Counted from the first letter of the stretch, positions 27,283 to 40,958 are shown. The stretch is DNA of 64,000 nt from Octopus sinensis (GCF_006345805.1 NC_043015.1:9796001-9860000); one strand, 5' to 3'. The notes: generated from the letters alone by a model not told the origin. Program-made: numbers and translations.

Positions 27283-27893
27283 TGTATTTATAAAACATTG
27301 GCAAACTTATATGTTTCTTTTCTACAAATTTCATACTTAACGAACTATTATTTGGCATTATATATAATACGATACTTTTAAAAACAATAATTCAGTCGGA
27401 TAGTTCCTGAAGAGAATAATAAGCATAATAAGCAACATCTGTCTATACCACTATTATGTAAGTTTTTTTTTTACATAAATCAAGTTTCATTCATTATCAC
27501 TCCCCATACATGTGCGAGAGATAACATAAAATGATTATCACGTATTTAGGGATCACTTTTTCTCACTTCTTTTCGTACGGCTCTCTCATGAACATTTACT
27601 AGTTAACGGATGGTGATCTGCGCCACATTCTTTCTTCAAGGACAAATCTTACAACTACAGGAAATATAAAATTCGAGACACAGCGCAATTTATCATACTT
27701 CTGAAAATCGGAATTAAACCGATCATGTGCATATTCAAAGTTTCTTATATGTGTGTCGGAATGCGTGTGTGATGTGTGTAAGTGTGTGTGAGTGTGTGTG
27801 TTTGTGTGTGTGTGTGTAAACATATATATGAATGTGTATCTATCAATCTGCATGTATATATATAAATATACACACAAACACACACACATATAC

Positions 27894-27935
<42 letters not shown>

Positions 27936-28019
27936 GTGTATGTGTATGTATATGTATATGTACTTATATGCATATGTGTATGTACTTATACATGTATGTG
28001 TGTGTATTTGTGTTTGTAT

Positions 28020-28160
28020 TTCTCCCCATCCCCGCCTTTCAGCCGGTGTTTGTGGTTCGGCAAGCGAGTCCGTTAGAGTAACTACCAGACTTACGAAAAT
28101 GTAAATACTGCTGTATTCAAGGAAGCCTGACTATCATGGCCGCATACCAAAGACAGAAAA
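28020..28160 (+). mobile_element. Degenerate 3' fragment of the CORE-type SINE
   Basis: ggttcggcaa..gag.ccg.taga.taa.tac and catggccgca follow a (TG)-rich tract, as in 48970-49170. Confidence 0.55.
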
Positions 28161-28303
28161 ACTTATGTTTATTTTCGTCGCATTACTGCATTAACAGTAC
28201 GTATCCGAGGACATTGTTCCAAATAATTTCTACAGCGATCGTATCAGTTGCAAAAGTTTCACTTAAACTCTGTTAATTACAATTTTTTATTAACATCTCA
28301 ATA

Positions 28304-28472
28304 ATGCGCATTATTTACTTTATTTACATCATTTACATTCGGCGGATATTTGTCCTCATCTAGTTTGTTGTTAACACGTTTTGGATCATATGCCCTCCAG
28401 CCTCCTTCAGGTGACTTGGGAAATTTCGAACCTGGGTTCTCATTCCTAAGGTATTTTTCGATGTTGTTGTTC

Positions 28473-28530
<58 letters not shown>

Positions 28531-28757
28531 TATTATTATTATTATTATTATTATTATCATTGTTGTTGTTGTTGTTGTTGTTGTTGCTGTTGCTGCTGTT
28601 GTTGTTGCTGTTCTTGTTGTTGTTGTTCAGGACACTGCCTGGAATCGGCCTCGGAAGCTCTTAACTCACTACGCCATATGCCCGTGGACAAATATCCGTC
28701 GAATGGAAATAATGTAAATAATGCACGTAATCCCTTCTCTCTTAAATAGAGAACTGC
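28304..28757 (-). mobile_element. SINE-like element: tRNA-like head, trinucleotide tract, HHR-like tail, plus an inverted copy of the tail at its 5' end
   Basis: Minus from 28684: gggcatatggcgtagtg.gttaagagc...gattccaggcag, then (AAC/AAT)n, then catcgaaaaataccttagg...cacCTGAAGGAggctg...AAAAcgtgtt...ggacaaatatccg. 28686-28757 repeats the tail on the plus strand. Same family at 55074 and 58708. Confidence 0.7.
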
Positions 28758-29258
28758 ACTTCATTTATGCCATTTATAAAAACATGGATTAGAATTATAT
28801 ATTTGTACGTTTATGCGTATACATGTATACAAATATGAATCTACCTAACTATATAACTATCTATTTATATGTATATCTCTTTCAATCTCTGGAGGCACAC
28901 ACACACACATGTCAATCTATCAATCTATCTTGGAATTTTAGTGTGTATATTTACAATTATACAAAACGCTGATATCCTCGCTGTGAACGTTGTATCGAGT
29001 AGAAAACGTTCAGCTTAAGCAAGAAGTGAAAAGTAAGGCGTCTATTTTAGGAACGAGATTCAATAACTATAACATGTTTGCGTACGAATGTGATTAAATA
29101 TTTATGCATGCATGCATGTATATAAATATACACTCACATAACAACACACACACAGAAATATATATATATATACGTACCTGCACTTAATCTGTTCTTGACA
29201 TATGTGCGCATGTTATATCGATATATGTATATATATATATATAATATATATATATATA

Positions 29259-29640
29259 CTAGCAGTATCGCCCGGCGTTGCTCAGGTTTGTAAGGGAAAT
29301 AACTATAAAGCATTTTTAGAGAGTTATAGCCAAAAAATAGCCAAAAAATGGAAAAAAAATTATGGTAAATTTTTTTTGAGAGTTAAAAAAGGTGGAGTTG
29401 CGTCCCCTAGACGGTCTGTGGTTTGGGTTTCTGATTCTCGACCCCATGTCGAATTTATCGATTTTTTTCAGAACTGGGGAACTTTTCAAAATTTTCGCTG
29501 CGTTAGTTTTGAATTATGACATTGGGCTATGCGTGTGTCAAGTTTCATCAGAATCGGTTGAAAGCCGTGGTCAGGGTGAGGGTACAACCTAACAGACACA
29601 CAGAAACACGCACAGACAAACTGCCGTTTATATATAGAGA
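29259..29640 (-). mobile_element. Non-autonomous Helitron (~380 bp)
   Basis: Minus: a|TCTCTATATATAAACGGCAG...cctgagcaacgccggg...CTAG|t. Near-identical to 50006-50364. Confidence 0.9.
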
Positions 29641-30544
29641 TATATATATATATATATATATATAGCGAGAGGCGTGTATGTGTGTGCGTGCGTGTGTTTG
29701 TGTGGTTGCGGTGTGTATGTATATCCTTTTTACGTATATACATCTCTGTATATACTTCACTTTTGTGTTTGGGGGCGGTGTTTTTGTGTGTATGTATATA
29801 TTTAATATCGCACAATAAATAAGCAGAAAGTAAAGACGTCGTCATGCATTTAAATTCATTTCCTTACGGCTCTCGTAAGCATTGCACTCATAGCTTATAT
29901 ATAAAATATAATATCCTCCAAAACAGGGAACCCCTTGTTAACTTTATATTGCAAAATAAGATTTTTTTCTAAGTGCATTCCTCGTCCGCTTGAGGGTGAC
30001 GAGTGTGACGACAACGCAACTTAAATAAACCCAACACGCATATATGTGGGTGTGGTGTGTGTGTGGGTGGTTGTGCGAAAGAGAGATTTGTTATATGAAA
30101 GCACGTGGTTGGATGTATAAAAATCAAAAAGGAGTGAAAAAACTGCAGAAGGCGTGTGTTATATGGATAAAAAATATATTTAAATCGTTATGTTAGAAAA
30201 ATATGTTATAAAATTTTATGTATAGTAATATAGTTTAAGGAAAAATAATCGGTTTCGTATTTTCTTTTCAAATTGCACAAGTTTATTTACCTATATCGTG
30301 TCATGTCTTCCCTATGTTGTGAAATATGGACTTCCAGACGGGAAGGTAATCAGGGATTTTTTTCCGTATAGGGGAGATAATCAAATATGTTGGGAATGAC
30401 TAAGCTTGATTAATTTCACATGATTTAGTTTAGAAGGAATAGAATGTTACAAGTGGCTACGTTTTGCTTTATATCTTTTTTTCAATGAGGTGAGTTTCCT
30501 TATTTAAAAATGTTAGAAAAAGTTAAGTTTTGGCTTATATTTTT

Positions 30545-30612
30545 CAATAGAGTGACATACAAACAAACCAACGTCGATGAAAACATAACCTCCTCCCATG
30601 GCGGAGGAAATA
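30545..30612 (+). mobile_element. Helentron/DINE-like (HINE) terminal fragment
   Basis: acaaacaaac...gaaaacataacctcc...ggcggagg hairpin end. The other terminus was not found. Confidence 0.4.
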
Positions 30613-30959
30613 AGCTTTTCCAAAATGCAAGTATAGCTTTATAATATGACCAATGTAAAACTAAACGTAAACAACACAGCGTTTAGATAAAATATGTATG
30701 TTGATTTTCGTACCGGCATCCATATTGCATTAAATTTCGTGTGTTAAATATTGAGTTTCAATTTTCATAAAAGTGCTCCTGTTAGTTAACTATACAATAC
30801 ATTGTTTTATATGAGCCAAGTATTTTCGTGTGACAATGGCTTATAACTATAACATGGCTTATAACATGACTTGCATGTTTAATAACGGGATGATTATATG
30901 GACTGAAACTGATTTCGAAAGGGGAAATCCCAATCGTATTTGTTTAACTTCTTGATGAT

Positions 30960-32160
30960 TTAACTGAGTGTATATTTCTTACCTATGAAGTATGACTTGA
31001 AACACATTAGCACAATTCACACTCGAAGATTGTAATGTTTATTAGCATTGTTATTATTAAGATTAATTGAATTGATATTAGAAAATGGAGGAGGCTACTA
31101 TATGAGTAATTAGTCGTTATGATTGTCTGAGTTTCAACGCATTTTTTCTGGGGATAGTTAGCTCCTCTCAAGAACGTAAGTTTTGATACAATATGTCTGA
31201 GACACTTTGAAATAAGTAGGCAGGGCGTTGATGTTGTCGGAATTGCATTGTTATAGATTTGTTGAGTCCCGAAGATTCTGGACTACATTGTGCTTCCCTT
31301 TAAGCAGAAAAGATGTCATGGAAATTTAACTATTTTGTAGCATGTCTAAAAGCACTATCGTTTTTCATTTATTGAACCAATATTACTACTCGCATGAAAC
31401 TGAAGGCCTCGTGCCAAGATGAGAAACTATCATAATGTAGATATCGAACGTTACATTTAGGTGTTCCTAGAGGATTTCAGAAACTGATGTGATATATTCA
31501 ATCGTTTTGTACAGCAGATGTCTGTAGCGTCATTTCACTTTTTTACACATAAGTTTCAAGATTATGCCAAGCAAGTCGCTTAATTGTTGAGTGTTGGACG
31601 CCGGTCCTGCAACAATTAAATGTACTTCTAGATCACTTGGTTTGGGAATCTTAAATATGTTATGAGAAGATCGGTCAAGCTGTAGTTGATTTATTTACAT
31701 TAGTTATCTGATTTTATCCTACGCCTTTATGGTTAAATCAGGTTTGAGTTTGTTCGCTAATTTACCTATTTTATTCATCGTTCGTTTAGCTGCATTCGTT
31801 TCTAATTTTCTGTTGAAATAAATCGGCCATTGAATTAACTTAATACCATTAACCGAGTAATGTGCCTTGTCTATTAATACCATTGTTCCTATTATTTCGA
31901 CTTGTTTAATAACTATAGCCGTTGACTTTCTATAGACACCGCAATGTTTTTTTTATCTTCATTTGCAATGTTTGATTTAATATATATTTGTCGGAATATT
32001 TGTGTGGCAGATCTTTGTAGAATCATTATATATATTCCTCGAAATATCTATTCATGTATACCGGAGCTGTAAATCATGTTTTGTATTTTACAAGTGAGGC
32101 GTCTTCATTGCGTTGAACAATTCTAGTAGACAATATATGAATAATATTTCCATGAAGAAA
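30960..32160 (-). mobile_element. Heavily decayed Penelope-like reverse transcriptase ORF
   Basis: Minus fragments EDASLV, SNIANEDKKTL, IVIKQVEIIGTMVLIDKAHY (cf. IKxADKG), KRTMNKI, PSDLEVHLIVAGPASNTQQLSDLLGIILK (cf. RPIVAGP), VTFDI and KGSTM appear in PLE RT order. Confidence 0.65.
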
Positions 32161-35100
32161 ATATAATAGCATAAAAATAGTAGTTTATTGATGCAAAGAG
32201 ACCACTGTTATTTATTGGTGACCGCTGTTATTCATTTGTACATTATTTTATCATCAACGATGTATAATCAATAAAGCTAGACTCGATGAGATTTGAAATC
32301 GGAATCTGATGTGTCATCATAAATTAGATAACATTTTTTGTACGCTCTAATTGTTCTGTATGTCCACTATTGTGATTATACAAACAACCCATTAACCAAA
32401 ATATTCTGCACCAAAATGGTGGAGATGGAGAGAATTCTTTTCGATATTTTGCTTTGATTTGTACTAGAGGATTCCCGAAACCCATCCACATGAAAAAAGA
32501 CTAAGTAACTAAGCAGGTATAAGCAAAAGAAGGAATTATAGGAAATATTAAAATTTTGATCTGCATCAGATGACTTTTGTTCAGCTCTATTTCCGCAATT
32601 AGATAACATGGAAGTCTATAATTTAATTGCATGAAAAAGCTTTTGGGCAATTATATTTGGCATTCGTCCGATTGAAATCTACTGATAAACAGCAGGAAAC
32701 ACTGTTAACGGCTATAAAGGTGATTCAGGAGGGAAACAAATATAAAAGGCCGTTTAAGGAATATGTTTAGGAGACATGTGTATAGGATGATTATGAAACA
32801 TGACCAACGCTGCAATAGATGTCAGTTAAGTGATAAGGAAATGATGAGATCTCTATACCCATATATATTCCCACATTTATGAACCAGAGGGAGCAAATTT
32901 CCATAAGTGATATCACAAGTGCATTAGAATTACAGTTAAAAGTCGATGGCTCTAATATGAATCTTCAGTTAATATAGATGTGGATATGTGTGCGTATGTA
33001 TACAAATATATATATATAAATATCCCCACCAATTAAACATATATATGTGTGTATATATACAATATATACTTACGAATAACGACATATATATATATGTGTA
33101 TGTGTGTATGTGTGTGCACGTGTGTGTGCGTGCGTGTGTGTGTATTTACGCACACGCATTTATCTTCTGTCATTGCAAATGATGGTCTGTTGAAATGTAT
33201 CTTCGTTTACATTTACACACACACACGCATATATATATATATCTATATATCTATATAAATATATACTAAAGCAATATTTCAACAGTTAATCTTAGAGGGT
33301 TTCTCTATCAGGCCAATGCAAGATCCATGGTAGGATAAAACCTGTCCACTGTGAGGAAATACAAGGTAACACTTACCTTAATTAAGGAAACCAAATGTAC
33401 GGACAACAAAATTGTCTCCAGCTGGTTTCGAAAGAGAACCAATAGACATAATCGAAGGCATTCTATCCTACAGCTTTCCAATTCTACTAATTCGCTGTTT
33501 GAAAATTAAAACAATGGGAATATATTATTATATTTCCAACCAGAGACGAAGTGTGAGTTATCATAGTTAAAAGTGTTCAACATATCTTTCATATTACGCT
33601 GAACGCTTCTCGAGAAACTGTTAGATTGAGAAATATGAATTTGAAAATGCTAAGAATTCAATCGGGAGAAATGGATTATCTAAAGAATTAGTTGAAATGA
33701 AACATGGAAAAGCAAAAGAGGCTAGTGTAAAATAACATCATTAAGACCCGTCTTGAATTATGCAGTTTAAACTGCACTCTATGCACATACATCGATGCAC
33801 GACATATACGCTTAGGTTGTACGAAATTAAAACGAGATAAATATAAAAGAATACTTCCTCATCTAAACGATAAGCGTTACTATATGACAATCCATAATCT
33901 GCAGCACGCTCATACAAATAATGTTTTGCGCATATGCCACTCATTGTACGACGCAAATAATGAAATACATAGTGAATAAACTAAATTTGCGTAACAGAAA
34001 ACATCTGGATCAAAAACAAATACTAAATTTCAAAAGTACAACACTGCATATATTTCAGCAACAGAATAGTGCATGTTGTTATGACGTGGACACACTTGCA
34101 TTTACTATATTGTAACCATTGGAAAAGATAACAATATATTTATGAATTAAAACATATGGGTCTTAGATGAATGATGATGACTAACAATAAAAGTGATACG
34201 TACATATGCGTTGAATGTAACACCGTTGCGCGTATAATGGAATTTATTCCCCTTTCATTTTCAGATTAAATTTAAACCTGATTCAAAGTGTGAAGTGTGT
34301 AAATTAATTGCTATGATTATCTGTATTACTATTACTATCTGTATGCATATTTATGCTTTTGCTAATGCTTATACAACTATTAAAAATGAGTGTCTTTATT
34401 TGAATCTCTATAAAACATCGTTAAAATTTTATTTGAATTTAAATATCCCATAAAATGCTAATCAAATTAACAGTCCAGTTATTTATTATGGCTATCCATT
34501 TTACGTTACTACGAAATCGTATTGAGATTATATATTTGTATGTACTGAATACCGACCCTTTAATCAAGAGAATATGGTTCATAAATATCGCATTCGAAGA
34601 AAAAAGATCAAGATGTGAGAGACTATGTTTATTTCAAAAATTTGAAGCCACATTTGAAGACGTCAAGCTGATATATTTTGCAATACACTAGTGATGTAAA
34701 ATTATCTTTCAACTAAATTAACCTACAGCGAGGGTAAGCATTAAATGCGTCCATATGTATTGGCAAATATCTATGTTTAATATTTGAGGAATACATTCTG
34801 AAGGTGACTATTATATAAATGCAGATTATCGTTACTTCAAATTACATTAGATAAACAAGAATCTTATTCCTTCAGATCTTATTCCTAAATTAGCAGATTA
34901 TATGATATTAAAGTGTGCTCTAAAGTTTGAACCGTGACTACTTTAACGATTGCCGAATGATGCATTTACATATGTCGTCAGAATCTCGGCATAATTTTAT
35001 ACGTGCACATTTCCAGTAACTGGTAAATAAAGATTCACCTGATAAGGATATTGGGTTTCATAACAAACGTTAGCAAATATTCAATGTAAAAACGGTAAAA

Positions 35101-37217
35101 AAGAACGCAAATACATTGACATAACCATAACAGATTTTAAGAGAAGAAATATAGTGGAATAAGAGGTGTTGTCATTCACATTCAATCATAAGTCAAAGTC
35201 AGGGAAGAAAGAACGTAATATTACAAGAATGATGGCCAACATATAAAGCAATATTCAAAAGGTATAAAGAGATCATACCTATAATTTAGCATGCACGAGT
35301 AGATAAGCCTATATACACATTTATACTTCCGTTCAGATAATAGTTTATGTATGTGTTTGCTTTAAACAGTGTGTTTGTATGTATGCACGTGAAAATAGGT
35401 GTATTACATTCTTCTGAAGTGCAAGACGAGGGATTAAAAAGAAACACATTCCAGAAAGCTAATGGTAAGAATGGACATTGCCGAACGATTCCATTATCTG
35501 AGTAAATAAGTCTGACAAGGAATGTAAATACGATTTTGCCTTAAAAATTGATATTTCTTTCTCGAGAAAAAGCATATTTTTATATTATACACAAAACCCA
35601 CTATTATCTCTCTTCCTCACTCGCTCACTCACAAAGAGACAGACGCACACACAGATGTGTGTATATATATATATATATATATACATACATACATACACAG
35701 ACTCATAAATACACACATGCATACATATACCGATATATCACATTACACACGCACATATACAAATATAGAGAGGGAGTGTGTGTGTGTGTGTGTGTGCGAG
35801 AGAGAATGTAAGAGTGTGATTCCATCTTTTCACTACGTATCACATTCATATTTTCTTATAAAAATTATTTTCTTTTATGCAATCTTCGTCCAAAGTCTCA
35901 CATCATGTTCCATTATACTTTAGCATTCAAAGTTTATTCTATTTTCTGTGTAATCTGGGCATCTCCTGCTACGATTTTCTTTATATATATGCACCTAAAT
36001 ACATCCGCGAATGTACGTGTATGTATGTGTGTGTGTAAATGTGTGTGTAATTTTCATAAATAAACAACATATAAGCTATTGGTGGTAATGGAAGTTAAAC
36101 AATGAAATAAGTACGTTTTTCGAATGAAGGAGAACGTGCACATAGCATTGTGTAAAGTAATATATATAGAGAGAACTGGAAGTTCATTTCTTATAAATGA
36201 TAGATGGCAACGCTTCTGACATTGATATTTAAAGACGTGGTTTCTATGCCGGGGAGTCTTTTCACGCGTGAGCAATTCAATAAAAGTAGCAAGCAAAAAT
36301 TTTCCTAATTTTCTCAAAATTGAAGCAGTTTGGTTTAAAGCAACTAAAGGTTCCTATTGACATGGTTGTTATTTTCAATCTCTTACACGAACGTCATGTA
36401 CACAGAAATAATAACAAACTGCATTATATATATGTATCCAAAACAATTAAACCTTGAAAGCAGGTGGGTTGAAAACTAACGAATATTATATGTTGTAATT
36501 AAAAGTACCCCAGCAACCGGAGAACTCGATGTTGTTACAGAAGAATTGACAGACGGAGCATAGAAAGTATATGTAATAGTTGTAATCTAATGTACCATTT
36601 CCTCCAAGCATAAGCTGTAATAAGAATAGCGAATAAAAGCAGATAATTCGCTTCAGGAGGATGCGTTGTTAACAACTTATACAGACTGAAAAAAATATCA
36701 TTAATATCAAATGATGAAGAAGAAAACAGATTATGAAAGATTATGAATATCTTACTTTTCAATGGCGCATATTATGGAACAGACAGATTAATGTGTATGA
36801 TAAAGTGCTAATGAATTTGTACCAGGCACTCTTTGGCAAGTACAGATATAAGTAACGAAAATGACAGATGCCGATATTTCGTGGTTACATCCTAAATCTT
36901 TGTTGAATGCTCTTAAATTTACGTGATTTTTACAGACATCTCTTTTTACTTTTTTCCATGCATAAGCTGTAATCCAGTCAAGAGAACTTCACCACGAAAG
37001 GGGAGAATATAAATATAAATATAAATAGACATTAACACATATCATTGCGCGTCCCTGATCAGGTGTCACACACAACATGAACCAAATTTTGTTCTTAAGA
37101 AAAAATATATATTCAAATAAATAGAACATAATATCATGAATATCAAAAGCGAAGCCAGTCGATATATTAAAAATTATATTAACACTATGTAAGTGTGCGT
37201 ATTTTCCTTTTTTAAAT

Positions 37218-37276
<59 letters not shown>

Positions 37277-37355
37277 ATAAATATTAGGGAATAAATCCAA
37301 ATTTACAGGGAAAGAAATCAGATTTAGGATTAAATCCAATTTTATAGTAAAATAT

Positions 37356-37518
37356 TATAAAATATTATTAGAGACAAAACCACTATTTTGCAAAACAAAC
37401 AAGGAAAGACTTAATCAATACATAAAATTTTAATAAACTATTAAAATTTTATGTATTGATTAAGTCTTTCCTTGTTTGTTTTGCAAAATAGTGGTTTTGT
37501 CTCTAATAATATTTTATA
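37356..37518. repeat. Perfect palindrome with 80-bp arms and a 3-nt loop, inside a (TA)n-flanked insert
   Basis: 37356-37435 is the exact reverse complement of 37439-37518. Confidence 0.95.
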
Positions 37519-38022
37519 TATATATATATATATATATCATCAGTGGATTATATATCCGAAAGAGAAGCATATTCTAAAGAATAGAGAAGTAATGAATCAA
37601 CATGCATTTAAATATACGTCCAGTAATAGAATGACCAATGGTTTCGCAACAACAGTACACTTCGCTTTATAAATGATTTTGTCTGACGTTGATCGCCGAG
37701 GGCATATAACCTCTATTCACACTCGGTCAGTTAATTTGTAAACAAAAAAAATAATATACACTCTTTTAGTCATTTAGATTTAAACAGGGCGAATTATCTC
37801 CTTCAGACAGAATAATGAGCAGGGAACCACTGCCCTTCGTTTGTTTCCAGTCTACAAGAATTTTTACAGCTTTAATCGACAGACAAGGAATCCTAGAGCA
37901 GATAGCGATTGAAATGCGAGAAGGGTTTCTAGATTTCATGTTTTCAGTTTAAGACTGATCCCGGTCTAACAAAGGATCCTTACCCGCTCTGCTATGTTAT
38001 CCATATAAATCTATGGGATGAT

Positions 38023-38293
38023 TATAATCAAAGTAAGCAACAAGAATATCTTCGGTAACTTAATACGATCGTTTCACGCTTCATCATCTTATTAAACATT
38101 GTAAGTATTACATCAGTTTTAAAACGTTGAGCATTCATCAGCCATTCATAGAACAATCATCAGCCATTCTATGAATGGCTGATGATTGTTCAACGTTTTA
38201 AAACTGATGTAATACTTACAATGTTTAATAAAATCATGTAGCGTGAAACGATTGTACCAAATTACCGAAGATATTCTCGTTGCTTACTTTGAT

Positions 38294-38297
<4 letters not shown>
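38023..38297. repeat. Imperfect palindrome with 131-bp arms, each carrying an HHR-like motif
   Basis: 38023-38153 vs 38167-38297. The 13-nt loop duplicates adjacent arm sequence and the right end runs into (TA)n. Confidence 0.9.
38176..38259 (+). ncRNA. Type I hammerhead ribozyme motif with long loop 2 (mirror copy at 38061-38144, minus)
   Basis: tgg-CTGATGA-...agcgt-GAAA-cgat(t/c)g-TA-cca. The minus copy keeps stem II (atgct/agcgt) and palindromic stem III (cgatcg), while the plus copy keeps stem I (tgg/cca). Confidence 0.65.
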
Positions 38298-38336
<39 letters not shown>

Positions 38337-40185
38337 ATGTGTGTGTGTGTTTGTGTATGTGTATATAAATACGTACATACACACACATACATATATGTGT
38401 GTTTAAATTGTGTCTTTGAAGCCGCTTAATATAAACATTACCGTTATTATATTCTTAATATATGCGTTTTACTAAAAGCTAGAAAGCTGTGAAATTTCGT
38501 CTAATGGAAACCTCTTTAAAATAACATCGTATTACAGAACACTTTATAATTTAGGGCAAGGCGATACAAAATATAGCCGGAATTAGACGAAAATGATAGC
38601 TGCCGATATTTCACGATTACATCCGTTTATCTCTGTTTAATGCTTCTAAGTTTACACGATTTGTATAGACATCTCTGGCTAGGTGTTGCTACCGATTCCT
38701 ATGATGGAGGAATTATGTTATATTACTCTGCGACAATAACCGCAAAATATCGTCATCTTCCTCTTGTCTTCCGAGATGCTTTTCTTACGCCTAGTTTTGG
38801 CGTATTTTGTGTTTTTTTTAAGACCAAATGTCTGCAATTAGTTCCCTTTAAATGAAATATCTCAATTTTGCATCTTTTACAAACACATATTATGTGATAT
38901 TCGTATGATGCTTGCATATCTGTATGAATGTATGTGTTTGCGCATGACATATATGTCAAATACCTAAACGCATATATACATATACATATATCAGTTTCTC
39001 TCCCTTTATATATAGATATAAACATATATATTCATGGGTGCGCGCGCGAGTGTGTATGTCTGCCTGTGTGTTTATATGTATCTATATAAATGTATGTCAG
39101 AGCAAAGTAGTATCACACCAACATTTACTACTGAACTAAAATCAATTCTAACAGTTCTCAGAATATAGTAAATATCCACTATGTTGCTTCAATACTCACA
39201 GCATGAATATATTAAGTAATTGAATTTTTAAGCATTTTTTTCTGGATTTTTTTTTCTTATTTTCAATTCGATTGGAATAGTTAAGGAAACAGAAATCAGA
39301 AATTCAAATTTAAAATTTGAAAACACATTTATTCTCTTTGCTCTTCTTTTTCGAAAGAATGATAAATAGGAAACATCTTTCTAATCACAATTTATAACTA
39401 TGACAAATTCTGTATCATTGAGAATTACATCGTATTATATATATTGCACTTGGCCTAGTGCGATGTCAAAGGTGAATGTTAGCATGAAATACTAGGAAAT
39501 GATACTTCAATTAGCCATTTAAATATAATGAAATAAACATATTTTTAACACATCTTGCGAAACGTTATTTCTAATGGAGTATTTTATGGCTTCCACCTTA
39601 GAGCAAATAATAATTCTATTTTTATTACACTTAGACATGAGCAAAAAAAAAATGAAACCTTATTTCATTTAATTTTCACTACACGAAAAATAAAACTAGC
39701 ATCCTATAAAAAGGAAAGTTTTACATCCTTTAAAACTGTGTATAAAATGTAATGAAGAGATGACCGTTAAATTTTTGTATATGATTCAATCAAATATTGA
39801 TTATCGTGCTTCATACAAATTCATAGTAGAAATTCGTATTACACATTATATGTGTGCACACGTATGTATGTGCGCGGGTGTGTGTTAGAGAGAGAGGGAT
39901 TATTTTTGGTACGTATCTGTGTATTGAAATTAAAGTAATAAATATCTAACTAATTTGATAAAACAATTTTTCTATTAAAAGTATTGAGCGAAAGAGTGGA
40001 AAAAAAAGTCAGTGTGTATCAATTGATGTATTCGTGTATAATAGAGAGAAGACTAGAAACTTGAAAGGAGATAATTGCACATTGAATCTGCACCCCACTA
40101 CTAGATACGGGGTCTAGGGAACCGGGTATCCCTACAGCATGCTCCGCATTGTGCTGAATATATGTGTGTGCGTGTGTGTATGTGT

Positions 40186-40518
40186 GAAAGCGCATGGCTC
40201 AGTGGATAGAGCGTTGAACTTACGATCTTAAGGTTGTGAGTTCGATTCACGGAGAGGGCTGCTTGTTTTGTCCTTGAGCAAGAGACTTTATTTCACCATC
40301 CTCCTGTTAACTCAGCTTTAGAAATGAGTTGCGACATCACTGGTACCAAGCTGTATTGTCCTTTTTCCTTCCCTTGGATAACATTAGTGGTGTGGAGAGG
40401 GGATGCTGGTATGCATGGGCGACTGCTGGACTTCCTCAAACAACCTTGCCCGGACTTGTGCGTGGGAGGGTAGCTTTCTAGGTGGAATCTGATGGGCATT
40501 CATGACCAAAGGGCGTCT
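40186..40518 (+). mobile_element. Full-length tRNA-derived SINE with Meta/CORE-like central domain (tail type 1)
   Basis: A box TGGCTCAGTGG, B box GAGTTCGATTC and core tgtccttgagcaagagactttattt...actcagct...aaatgagt. Confidence 0.85.
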
Positions 40519-40544
40519 CCTCCTATATATATATATTCAAAATG

Positions 40545-40735
40545 TGACCGCATGTGTACCGTTGGCGATTTTTGTCCTCCGTCTTCCCTTCTTTGGATCT
40601 TTCTTTTCCCTACGTTTCTGACGAAGAGAAACGTTAAACCCTCCTTTTTTCCTGAGCGTCCAATAATACTATACTTGTTCCACGTCCTCGCGTTGTTGTG
40701 TTTTCTCTTTGTGTTTTCATGTTTGGATTAACTAT
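40545..40735 (+). mobile_element. (TA)n-flanked PLE-type terminal fragment with an HHR remnant at 40614-40639
   Basis: gttt-CTGACGA-aga-GAAA-cg-TT-aaac (stem II missing), followed by ttcctgagcg...taatac as in the 15311 element. Confidence 0.55.
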
Positions 40736-40958
40736 ATATATATATATATATTATTAATATTTGCGGGAATAATTTATATAAGGTATTATTATTAATTGTT
40801 TTGCAATTTACTTAATCTTTGACATTTGATTGTTACTTTTATGTTAATATTTCTATTATATGTAATTTTCTGTATGGTGTAATTTAATTGTTCATTTTGA
40901 ATTGAGAAAAGGTGTTTTTTTTTCTAATGATATATATTTATATATGTTTATATATATA

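Noticed and set aside
40186-40262. tRNA-like sequences here and at 47101, 48744, 53838
   Set aside because: A and B boxes are present, but there is no complete cloverleaf and each continues into a SINE body, so they are not tRNA genes.
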